A DNA stretch of 63,325 bases, the filler included, from Collodictyon triciliatum (lineage: Eukaryota): the NCBI GenBank assembly GCA_043381765.1. It is 6 parts of 6 records of this genome, joined end to end, with 100 filler letters (N's around TTAATTAATTAA, not from the genome) between each part and the next. Parts side by side here need not be neighbours in the genome. Positions count along the whole stretch, not along the records: positions 1 to 5,954 come from JBHJMP010000424.1; positions 6,055 to 28,017 come from JBHJMP010000425.1; 4 more parts are not named here. One strand, written 5' to 3'. The notes below the pieces were generated by a model. That model made no database searches, was not told the origin of the DNA, and saw only the letters and a list, made by a program, of their open reading frames with translations. The first letter of the stretch is position 1, and each line of letters begins with the position of its first letter. Positions 1-24,260 of this stretch are shown here, piece after piece. A program made the position numbers and the translations under genes.

Positions 1-104
1 ACAAAAAACAAGACAAAAAACAAGACAAAAAACAAGACAAAAAACAAGACAAAAAACAAGACAAAAAACAAGACAAAAAACAAGACAAAAAACAAGACAA
101 AAAA
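1..104. repeat. (CAAGACAAAAAA)n tandem repeat
   Basis: Direct reading; 12-bp period. Confidence 0.95.
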
Positions 105-135
105 GATTAACGAGCCCGCAATCAACTCCACCCAG

Positions 136-304
136 AACCTGGTCCTACGGCGAGAAGTGGTTCTCTGACGCGAGAACCGGGCGGTACCATCTGTGGCTGC
201 CGGAGGGGACTTACCAGGTCACCGTGAGTGCCGCGGGTTACGCCACAAAGACCGTCACAATTACTGCTGCCGCCGCCGGTGTGGAGACAGACATTGTCCT
301 ATAA
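136..304 (+). CDS. Last exon of a gene ending in a carboxypeptidase-regulatory-like (transthyretin-like) domain
   Basis: After the acceptor cccag at 131-135 it reads TWSYGEKWFSDARTGRYHLWLPEGTYQVTVSAAGYATKTVTITAAAAGVETDIVL*. The G-Y...LP-G-Y-V-VSA-GY pattern is typical of this domain in M14 carboxypeptidases. Not in the ORF track; the upstream part lies outside the window. Confidence 0.7.
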
Positions 305-446
305 AGTCCTCTGCCCACGTCGCAGCAAAGTGATTTACGCCGGACAGATGCCAGCCTTTCTGCTTTCGCAGACACATCACCATCGATAGCCTTTTGGTTT
401 GTTATGTTTTCTCTTCTTTATCGGAGATTTCCAGTGGTTGTGATGC

Positions 447-3400
447 TCATGGGGACGAACGCCTTTTCTTCGCCTTGTGCTCGTCTGGGGGATGAGCAAA
501 AGTGTGGTTGATTGTGTGGTTGATTGTGTGATTGGTTGACTGATTGAGTGATTGGTTGACTTATTGAATTGTCTTACGGTCTGCGTTTTCTGTGAACTTG
601 CGTTCCTTGGGTGACTTATCGCGCTGCATCGGCGATTCACTCTGATGCGCCATTTTAGAAATGAGTAGTGATTCGTGTTTACTCGATTATCGATATCCCC
701 TTTTTTTATTTTTTTATTTTATTTTTTAATCATACTTCAATTTTACAATCACATATTTGCGCTTATTACTGATGTAATGTACATGTATGATTAAAATACA
801 AACAATCTTGGAATATTTGTCACGGCTTCGGTCTTCGCGCTCTGGTGTTCGGCTCCTGCAAAGTTTTAAAATGTTTTCCCTCTCATTATTAAATTCCAAT
901 TCCAATTAATTCCTTTTTTTCCTTTTGAGTATATGTTCATGTTTCCGTACTTTCGCGACTTGTGATGCTTCTTTGAATGGCTCGATTTTCGATCACGGTC
1001 GTCCTAGACAAAAAAAANNNNNNNNNNNNNNNNNNNNNNNNNNNNNNNNNNNNNNNNNNNNNNNNNNNNNNNNNNNNNNNNNNNNNNNNNNNNNNNNNNN
1101 NNNNNNNNNNNNNNNNNAAAAAAAAGATAAAAAAAGATAAAAAAAGATAAAAAAAGATAAAAAAAGATAAAAAAAGATAAAAAAAGATAAAAAAAGATAA
1201 AAAAAAGATAAAAAAAAGATAAAAAAGATAAAAAAAAGATAAAAAAGATAAAAAAAGATAAAAAAAAGATAAAATCAAAAAACAGAATAAAATAAAAATT
1301 TTCCAGAATTTTAATTTCCTTTTGAAAAGTTTTATCATGTAAAAAAATAATGACTTTTTTGCTGGATCCATTTTCCTCGTCGGTCGAATTTCCATCCGAT
1401 TCGCTACTGTCACTCGCATCCTGGTTAAACAATTATCATTATATTGTCTTTCCTGATTGCTTCGAATATAGCATATACATACAGGAATATTCCATGGAAA
1501 GCAGGACACAGTAAACAACCAGGGTTCAATTATAAGAGATGAAAACAGGGACAGAAAAATTTAAATCAATAATCGTAATAATCCGGGCAACGTACCTTTT
1601 TTTCGCTCAATTTGCTGATGTAATCGTTGAACAGACGAACTCGTTCCTCCTCCGAACTGATATCCTTGAATCCCGAATGGGAAGATAACTTTTCTCGAAT
1701 CTATTACACATTTGCAACGCCGACCACATTTATAAATCATCGAGACTTAAATATGATTCCTCATGTGAGTGTGGTGTAGAAAAAAATTATATAAAAACCT
1801 CTGAAAAATTAGTGGTTGGTGAGACTGATTTCTTCTTTAGCAACTTGATGAATCTCTTTTCGTGTTTTCTTTTCTTCGACTTTGCCTTTTCCAACAACTA
1901 CACCATTAAAATGTATTAATTGATGTCTCCGTTCCTTGGCAAAACAAAAAAAAAAAAAAAATCCAAAAGAAACAAATGAATTAACAAAATAATTAGATGA
2001 CGCGTTGTAGAATGGGCGCGATAGCACATGGATTCTGATGACTCGTTACTTCTTGAATAAATTCTCGAATATTTGCTGACGGAAAGGAATGTGTACGCTC
2101 GTATTTTCTGAAAAACTTTGCAAGTTCCTCCTCAGTTGTGTCCGTTTTCACATCGAGAGACGCATCCTACAAAATAATCATAATCATAATAACAATTCTT
2201 CAATGTTTTTTCTTCTCCTGTTCCCTTCAAGTACTCGTTAGATAAGATATGCAACAACACTATAAATTACATGTGCACTTGTGGCGCTCTGCTGTGCATA
2301 TTATTTCTCGAAACGCATATTATTTCAAAAAGACAAAAAGGCAAAAAGCAAAAACATTCAAGCGTTCTCTTAAGGATTAAAATCATACCTTGACCAATCC
2401 CTTGAGAGTTTTCTTTTGCTCTTCGTAAACATCTTCGAGCTCAAACAACGAATCAAAAAATATCTCCTTTGGAGTGGTTCTATTTCAGGAGGGCGATAGG
2501 TGATTAGATCGAAGAAAGGAAGAAAAAAAACACCAAGAAATAATAATAATAATGATAATAATAATTAAAAGAAGCAAGAAATGTAAACACACCCAGCCTG
2601 ACCAATCATGCTCATGAATTCAGGTGCATTTTTTGCCATCGACACGAAACTGCGCCATCGAGTGGTGATGTCCATCTGCCCGGATTCGACAAGGCTCTTG
2701 ATATATTCCTATCGAGGGTGGATATAACAGAATTAACATTTTTTAAACATTTTTTACTATAATTTTTTTTTTTTTTTAGAAAAAAATATTCAAGAATTGC
2801 ACAATCCTATCGCATACCCGAAAAGCTTCGCGATTCTGGCGCTCTGACTTTCTCATCTCTTCGATGGACTTTGCCCTTTCGGCTTCTTCCTGCTTCTCGA
2901 GGTCTGCATTATCGAATAGTTGTTGAAAATCAATTGAATAGTTATTAATGTATACATGTCAGAAAGGGGGACTATAACAGGGTTTATTGGCTTTTTTCTT
3001 GTAAAAAAGAAAAGGTTTATGCAATAGTAGACTTCGAATATGGTCCTCAAAAGACAACAGCCTATCCATAGGGTCCTTCACGTTGGTGAAACGAGGGTCT
3101 TCCTGGAGCATCTCTTGAACCTGATTTATTGTGCGTTTTTTTTTTAATTGAAAAACACAAATTACTTCATCGATAAAAATGAAAGAAATATATAATGCTC
3201 AGGTAGAATTGCAGGTACTTTTCTCCAAGTTGTTCTGACTGATATATGAGTGCATTCTTCAAGCATTTGTCTGAATTGCTTTCGTGACTCTATTTTCTGC
3301 AATCTTTGGGCCTCCTGCACATCAAGAGCGAGTTCAAATAAAGTGTTGTTGTTACAGTTCTTGAAGGAATAAACAATTGCAAATCTTTTGGTTTTTTGCA

Positions 3401-5947
3401 TGAAGATATATAATTAAAATGCGCAATTAGGACGCAACCTACCTTTTCTTGCTTATCTAAATCAATCATATAATCGGAGTATAGTTCCTCCTATATACAT
3501 ATTAAAATTTGAGTTGGAAATTATTCAGGATAGTCTACGTATGATTTTGATTAATCCATTAATTATAAAACCTATGTGATAGAAAAAAAAATTATGTTCT
3601 TAAAAGCACACAAAGATTTGTTTCACCAAGTACCTTTTCACGTTCAGAGGGTATAGCTTGGTAGCGAGGGTCATTTCCGAAATGTAAGAGTGCTTTCCTG
3701 AAATCAAAACATTTCTTTTTTTTAATGCTTTAATAATCGTGTATTGTATTCAAGTAGTAGACGAATAATCCTTTACTTCGTCCAATTAATTATTGAACAC
3801 AATAAGAGCTAACCTGTAAGGCAATCCCAACACGATAGCAGGGTTTGAGGCCAACATAGCCTTAAACTCTTCTCGAGCACGCCTCTCCTTTTCCTTCTTT
3901 TCTTCCTAAAGTAAAAATAAAAAACTATCATGGTAAAGTCTCACCGGGCCTAACAACATAAATCAATATCAAATGAAATTCAGAGCGATGTGTTTCATTT
4001 CATCAAGGAAATGCATGCCTTCTCTTTATTCTTCAAATATGTGATATGCTCATTGAAGAGCTGCTTTTTTTCTCCCGTTTTCAAAAGCTCGTATCTGAAG
4101 TTCGATAATCAGTAACTTAGCAATTTATGAATTTAATGATTGTGCACAAGTCTCAAACATTTTCTTTCCAAAAAGAAAAATAAAATCAGAGGTTCATATG
4201 TGCATTGAGTCTTTAATATGATAGCCAGATAAATTTTCTTTCTGTGGGCAAGAAAAAAAAAACCTTGGGTCACTAACTAAAACACGAACGGCTATTTCCC
4301 AATTCCAATCTATTTCAATTTTCTGAGAGTAACATTTTTTTAGCTTGCAATTTTTTTTTTTACAACAATGGCTGATATAGCTGCAGAATTACAAAATATT
4401 TCATGATTATCGACGAAGAAAATGTAATATAAATAAGAATACGATATTTCTCCTACAGTATCATGCATAAGTTGTTTAAATCCTTCAATTTTTTCTTCCT
4501 TGGTATTATACTCTTTGCCTTCTTTTTTTGGTTCAGAGATTTCAACTTCTTTGGAAGAAACGCTGACATTACCTGAAATAATAATCAAAACAAATACCTC
4601 AGTGGATTTCCCAAACATACAAGTTGTACACAAGAAACAAATCTATAGCTATTGTATTCTTACCAATTACAGGAAGATTCTTTTTTGCCTCTTCGATATC
4701 TCCTATCTTTGGCATCATATGCAGTATAGAACTACCAGAAACCTTGGCATGAAATTATGAAGATATTATTTTCACGAAAAGGATACCTGCCAATCACCCG
4801 ACAATAAATGAAATATTGTAAGTATTTACATTTTGTAAGGGCTGCTTGAGTTCTTCTGGCATCGTCCACGATGACTCTTTTGTTATGCGGTTGTAGTAAT
4901 ACTTTTTTCCGCTAGGAGCAACATGCTCACTCCATATGCTTGGTTCCTGGATTTTTAATAAATTATTTATTGAATGAGGCATCCCTTGATGAGGCCATTG
5001 AAACGAACATAAATGTATCTTCTTTTTTTCTCAATATACTACATATAAAAATTATACCGCTTTCATGGCATTGGGCGGCACAGGCATAAAAGGGACTTTA
5101 CAGAAAAACCAATCAAACGTTAAAATTTCTTAATACTTGCTGAATCAAACGTGATATTACACATATAATAAATATAATACTGATTTATTTGTTGGTGCAC
5201 TATTTTAAAAGTGACAGATAAAAGATGAACCAAAACAAAATAGTTCATGATTAGATTTGATATACCTGGACCGGGTCTTTGCTGGGCGATGTTAGGCGGC
5301 AACGCTCGGCCCTGCTTGATGACAAATAGTGTGTGTAAGTGCAATCAATTACGATCACCCATCGTCAAGTAGCTAAAATATGCATGTGTATTTCTTTCAA
5401 TCGGCATGGCGTCTCTGGATAGCATGGAGATTCGAGTGGAAAAGTAATAGATTCGAACAGCCATTCCGTGGGATGTGGGGCCGTGGGCCAAGGCCGGGTT
5501 GAATGGAGCTCCTCCAATAGGCTTTATTAATAGGAGAAACATGTTGACTTTGTTAATGGCGGTTCAAGAAAATGGGGCCAACTTTCAAGACCAACATAAC
5601 AATAAAATAACAAAAATAAAAGCATAGAAAATATCAGACAAAAGCTGAAAAAGAGAAAGAGAAAGAAAAAGAAAAAGAAAAAAGAAAAAAGAAAAAGAAA
5701 AAAGAAAAAGAAAAAGAAAAAAGAAAAAGAAAAAAGAAAAAAGAAAAAAGAAAAAAGAAAAAGAAAAAAGAAAAAGAAAAAAGAAAAAGAAAAAAGAAAA
5801 AGAAAAAAGAAAAAGAAAAAAGAAAAAGAAAAAAGAGAAGCCAAAACTTACGACATGCACTCCATGACCGGCAGGCGACTGTGCGCCCATCGACTGCGAA
5901 GCAATCAGCCACGCAGGCAGCGTTGATTCGCGTCCACGGCCGGCCAT
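447..5947 (-). CDS. PRP40: Pre-mRNA processing factor 40 (WW plus FF repeats, U1 snRNP-associated); about 25 exons
   Basis: Manual splicing gives a Pro-rich N-terminus, a WW domain ([30 protein letters not shown], ~4830-4948), FF repeats ([77 protein letters not shown]) and a charged R/S/K tail ending KRRSSP*. Confidence 0.88.
1118..1272. repeat. (AAAAAAAGAT)n intronic repeat
   Basis: Direct reading; abuts an N gap. Confidence 0.95.
5647..5835. repeat. (GAAAAA/GAAAAAA)n intronic repeat
   Basis: Direct reading; PRP40 intron 1. Confidence 0.95.
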
Positions 5948-5954
5948 TGCGACT

Positions 5955-6054
5955 NNNNNNNNNNNNNNNNNNNNNNNNNNNNNNNNNNNNNNNNNNNNTT
6001 AATTAATTAANNNNNNNNNNNNNNNNNNNNNNNNNNNNNNNNNNNNNNNNNNNN
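5955..6054. other. Artificial contig linker N44-TTAATTAATTAA-N44 (also at 28062, 35925, 51777, 58814)
   Basis: The same 12-mer, which has stops in all six frames, sits in the centre of 100-bp N blocks five times. Confidence 0.95.
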
Positions 6055-6576
6055 TTTTTTTTGTTTTTTATAATATTTTTTTTTTTTATTTTTTTTTTTA
6101 AAACCCCCCCCCCCCCCCCCCGTGTGGATAGAATTAAAAAGGGGACACCGTTTGCAACATTGAAACGTATCTTTTGATTTTATTCGATATTTGTTTATTT
6201 AGGCAAATCTGACAACGGGCATCACTAATATTGTTTTTGATACCATAAACGCGAACCCTATCACTTCTTTTGCTGTGCTTTTTTCATACACCTGCTTTAT
6301 ATGCCATTCCTCTGCTTTATTGAGAAATTCTCATCTAAAAATTCGTCTTTGACAGTATTAAATGGATTTAACTCAATCGCACGACAAAGAGATATTATAA
6401 CAATAAAACGAAAGGACAAGGAATGAGTGATAGAAAATGAAAAGCAATTTTTTCTTTGCATATAATCGTCTTAACAACCTGTAATATGTTCGCCGAATCT
6501 AGTCTGGCTGTGTGTTCACCGTATACTAATCATAAAGACCTCATGCACGACGTCCAAGGACCAATCCGATTTCATG

Positions 6577-9375
6577 TCAAACAGGACTCAGAAAATCCCT
6601 CAGGGCAGACACATAGGGTACTTTAATGACTCTTCTATCGAGACTAAGACAGCGGGTCGGATCTCTCCAATATCCAACCAACCTTCTCGACATGACGATG
6701 CACACATTAAATATGCAGCTCCTGATTATGTCAGGTGTATACCAACTTCCAGCCAGGTTCACATGAGCTGACTTGAAGTGCCTTACCATGTCTAATTCGA
6801 TCAAAATTGCGAAGGAGCCTGTGATCAGAATGACAAAAGCCATAGCCAACCAGTTGAGGTGTGAAAATAGACCAACAACCTTGTATCGAAACCAAAAGGC
6901 CTCCCTGAAGGTCGTGTGCTTGTATCTGAAGTAGGCGGTTCTAAACTCTTGAAATGTGTCAGATTCGGCTTCATGGCTTTGCATTTTTAAAGCATAAGAC
7001 GAACAAATATCGTTTCTTTTCGATAGGATATATTTACGTATTAGATTTGCGGAATTATGAAGCATGATGGCAAAATTGATGTTCCCTTCCAAATTCTCTT
7101 CCACAATGTCGATAATTTTTTTCAAGTCACTGTTAAACCTTGCAAACGATATCGGACGTGCATCAAGGCATGTCACACAAATGCACGAAAGGAAGAAGCA
7201 TGTCACACCCCATATGTCTGTAAAAGCTAATTTCTCGCACGAAAGCAAAAAAGAACAATAAATTCCGGCTATGTTCAAAAAGCAAAAAATATTTTCAAAG
7301 ACAAAGAAGCTCCTAATCAAGCCTTGGTACGAAAAAGTGAACAGATAGTCCAACATTTGGAAACTGCAGATGAAGTAGACAAAAGCAGCGAGGTAACTCC
7401 AATAATTGCTCCATACCATCGTGATGTCTAATAAAAAGAATATATTTGTGATGACTGATACATGTAAAGTGATGTCTCGAAGCTTCTTGGTTGCCTTGCG
7501 ATAGTTGGTCGCTCTTTCCACACCTAGAAGCTTCTCATATACCGAAAATCTGTTGTCTATTACGATGTCTTCATCGAATGGCGTTGTTATCATCACTATT
7601 CGCTCCAAGTCATTATGTCGATCAGCTTTCTTTATCGAGTTTGGTGCCATAGAATTCCTCTTTGTTTCAGGGATGCTAACAGAGCTCCATGCATTTTCGT
7701 GTAGCTCAGACTGTACAGTAGCTGAATCATTCGCAGTGCTAATTTTAACGATTCTGCTTTTCTTCATATTGCTGAATCCAGGCGCTTTACTATCGTGGGG
7801 TTTATGGTCGACATTTCCATCTTCAGTTTTATCAAGATTACCAGAAACCTCCTTTGATAGCATCATCCCTGGTCTTTGTACAGTTTCTGATGAACTCGAA
7901 TTTTCAAGCGTATCTCTTGAGTTTGGCTTCACCGATTGAATTGGAGAGCTTTTTACCTTTTCATCAGTATTAAAATTTACGTGGTTCGTGTCTTTGGATA
8001 TTTTATGTATAATATTATCTGATTCTTTGCATTCTTTCCCAGCGTCTTCACCCGATATCACACTCCCTTGAGATTCCCTTTCTTCACAAGAACTGACGTT
8101 AATCTTTTTTGGCGAAGTTTCAACCAAAACAAATTCTGACGAGTTTTCATCTATGTGCTGAAATGCGAGTCTTTTAAAAGAAATTGAATTGATAATACTA
8201 TTTGGGCGCAGTAAGCCATCCCATTCTGAAACTAGTGGAATGGATATAAGCTTGCGGGACATACAGTTAATCTTCAATGGCCGCCGCATCATTATATAAA
8301 TTCTTCTAGTGTAAAAGACAATTAAAATAATCAGAGAACCCCGGAGAGCTCCATCTGTTGTCATCGTGTGGTTGAAAATATGAATATATTTGATGTTTAT
8401 ATCCTCTTTTGGGCTGGTAACGGCGATGATGTACATCATAATTGGTGCAGATAGGCATATGACACAGACAAATACTCCCCTTAGTCCGATGAGAAGTAAT
8501 TTTTGAAAACGATGCTCCAGTTTCTCAAAGAAAGACAGAGTCTTTATGTGTTCATCATTTCGATTGTCTGATGCTAGCTTTAACAATTTGGAGTACATGC
8601 ATTTAGTAGCTCTGATGCTTTCTATTGGTGTCATATGATTCGAAATTTTGAAATTATTCGAACATCTGGATTTTTTGAGCGCACTGGTAATAGAGGCACG
8701 AGCTGAAGACTTACGCTTAGATGATTGAGCGACTGAGCCTTCCTGGGACTCTACATCGTGGTTCTTATAGTGTAAACCCAATATATTTTCTCTCAGGAGC
8801 GTTAATTGGTCATTAAGCTCACTGAAACTAACCGGCCAAGCATCCATCATCGTGCCGCATGTAAAGACAATTATTATGACCACATTCAAGACTGTCATAG
8901 AACGTGACCATCCTATTAAGTCGGATGTGCAAATGGCGAACACAAAAGAAAACAAAACTAAATAGCACGTCTCAAAGTGATATAGACCAAGAACCAATAT
9001 TTCGGGTTGAAGCATAAAAAACGCGACTGTGGGGTATATCAACCCAGGCATCCACATGATTGATAGCTCCATTTGGTACGCTTTGTTTGTGGATACAAAA
9101 AGAACATACATGTGGAAGAAATAGACTATTGCAGAGAATGTCAAAAGGATGGCGCCGAAGCGCCGAAGAATGTTGCGTGCGATCCACTTCGACACTCGCT
9201 CTCCAAAGAGCAACGATGCGACAGTCCGAGCATAGTCGATTCGCAGACACAGATCGCGGTCAGTGTAAAGCGTTTCTTGGCGACTGAAGAGGTTATTGGT
9301 TTCACCCATGGTCTTCTCTTCCCACGCTGTTGGGTTTTTTTCCGTCCTGAGTGGTTTGTACGATCGAAAAGACAT
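6577..9375 (-). CDS. 932-aa multi-pass membrane protein with two homologous ~6-TM modules; uninterrupted ORF
   Basis: A 2.8-kb open frame with about 12 hydrophobic segments in two clusters separated by a Ser/Lys-rich linker. Internal repeat motifs include MDAWPVSF/LDARPISF. The true start may involve an upstream exon (possible acceptor near 9348). Confidence 0.85.
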   Translation of the reverse strand: MSFRSYKPLRTEKNPTAWEEKTMGETNNLFSRQETLYTDRDLCLRIDYARTVASLLFGERVSKWIARNILRRFGAILLTFSAIVYFFHMYVLFVSTNKAYQMELSIMWMPGLIYPTVAFFMLQPEILVLGLYHFETCYLVLFSFVFAICTSDLIGWSRSMTVLNVVIIIVFTCGTMMDAWPVSFSELNDQLTLLRENILGLHYKNHDVESQEGSVAQSSKRKSSARASITSALKKSRCSNNFKISNHMTPIESIRATKCMYSKLLKLASDNRNDEHIKTLSFFEKLEHRFQKLLLIGLRGVFVCVICLSAPIMMYIIAVTSPKEDINIKYIHIFNHTMTTDGALRGSLIILIVFYTRRIYIMMRRPLKINCMSRKLISIPLVSEWDGLLRPNSIINSISFKRLAFQHIDENSSEFVLVETSPKKINVSSCEERESQGSVISGEDAGKECKESDNIIHKISKDTNHVNFNTDEKVKSSPIQSVKPNSRDTLENSSSSETVQRPGMMLSKEVSGNLDKTEDGNVDHKPHDSKAPGFSNMKKSRIVKISTANDSATVQSELHENAWSSVSIPETKRNSMAPNSIKKADRHNDLERIVMITTPFDEDIVIDNRFSVYEKLLGVERATNYRKATKKLRDITLHVSVITNIFFLLDITMVWSNYWSYLAAFVYFICSFQMLDYLFTFSYQGLIRSFFVFENIFCFLNIAGIYCSFLLSCEKLAFTDIWGVTCFFLSCICVTCLDARPISFARFNSDLKKIIDIVEENLEGNINFAIMLHNSANLIRKYILSKRNDICSSYALKMQSHEAESDTFQEFRTAYFRYKHTTFREAFWFRYKVVGLFSHLNWLAMAFVILITGSFAILIELDMVRHFKSAHVNLAGSWYTPDIIRSCIFNVCIVMSRRLVGYWRDPTRCLSLDRRVIKVPYVSALRDFLSPV

Positions 9376-9400
9376 TAATTGGGGTTTGTTATTATTGTTA

Positions 9401-9470
<70 letters not shown>

Positions 9471-10180
9471 GCTTGTCATGTTTGTGGGTAATTTCCCGTG
9501 TTTTGCGTGATTTTTCTTTCTACACATCAACCCGCCATACAAATCAAGGGAAACTCTATAGAATATTCTAACATCGAGAAAACGGATACTTCCATATGAA
9601 GATTTCATAGTTTATCGAAAACTGCAAATTATATTATAATTTAAGATATATTCATTGAATTATTTTCCACATTTGAAGTCCGATTTGCAGCCTGTTTTGC
9701 TTTCTTGCTCGAGCAAGTGTCGTCGCTGCGATGCGAGACGCAGGGTCGTAAGAATGGATGCCAGCAAGCTGTCAAAATCGTTGTAGATCCTTGGGTGTTT
9801 TTGCTTTTATGAGAGGCTATGAGAATAGTCAAAAGGCCTGTAGAGATGTCCACTTGTTGCATTTTCGGTGTGGTGGTGGTGGTGGTGGTGGTGGTGGTGG
9901 TGGTGGTAGAATCCAGGGATGGGCCAATATGTGTCGAGTAGAAGTTGTCGTATGAAACATTTGGACTGTCGCCAAGAGATTGCATTCGATTTACAACCAC
10001 AGAGTTCTGCAGAGCTGAGAGAAACTAGATCCTTCGATTAAGATGGAGAGAGGACAGTACATTTTCATGAATCAAAAAAAAATGAACGAAAAGATCAAAT
10101 CGTATGTGATAAAGGGTATTCTTTTATTGGTGTGCCTTCGAAATGCTTCCTTCTTGACCTTTTAAGCCTTGGTGCGCTGG

Positions 10181-23809
<13,629 letters not shown>

Positions 23810-24260
23810 GGTTGTGGACGTCCCTTGCGTATTGTAACCTTGCTGCACAACTGAGTTGTTGAAGGAACGCAGATCATTGATTTGCAGTGATACCAATTAT
23901 CAAGGAAATATATGTATAATGGCAAGAGCAAAGTAACAGGAAAAAGAAAAAAAAAGGTAAAACACTTTTCAAAGTATGAACCGATCTTGTATCTGCCTGC
24001 TCGGAAGCCAAAGTCAGGGACTTCCCACGCAACTCTCAGAGCTTTTGTGTTGTTCGCTGCTGGAAGCAAGCAGTGTGTGGTCTCGTGGGCCGTGCCTTCT
24101 GCCCTTTCTTCTCAGAAACTATATTCCACATTAGGATTAATAATATGTACGTGTATACAGCCATGTGCAAATGTGTCCGAAGGCATCTACATAAGGCTTT
24201 CCTTTTCTTTCTTTTTTTTTTTTTTAAGAATACCATCTACTTTTTTTTCTCATTCCTCAT

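Noticed and set aside
937..1518. Long F/L/I/V/S/C-rich ORFs in the track (also 5527-5947, 12088-12511, 20130-20550, 37324-37977, 44663-45452, 51352-51780, 55631-56164)
   Set aside because: Mostly translations of microsatellites and N gaps; some overlap a short real exon.
4743..4829. CAG|GTATCCTTTT on the - strand, resembling a U12 donor or recursive splice site
   Set aside because: It lies inside an 87-nt intron that already splices in frame; the halves would be only 43-44 nt and there is no U12 branch site.
5999..6010. Recurrent palindrome TTAATTAATTAA (five copies)
   Set aside because: Always centred in 100-bp N blocks; it is a six-frame-stop assembly linker, not biology.
23810..24130. 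RNase MRP-like GGGAAGTCCC motif on the - strand
   Set aside because: No proper CR-V partner and interrupted by long T tracts; better explained as TARBP1 promoter or 5' UTR.
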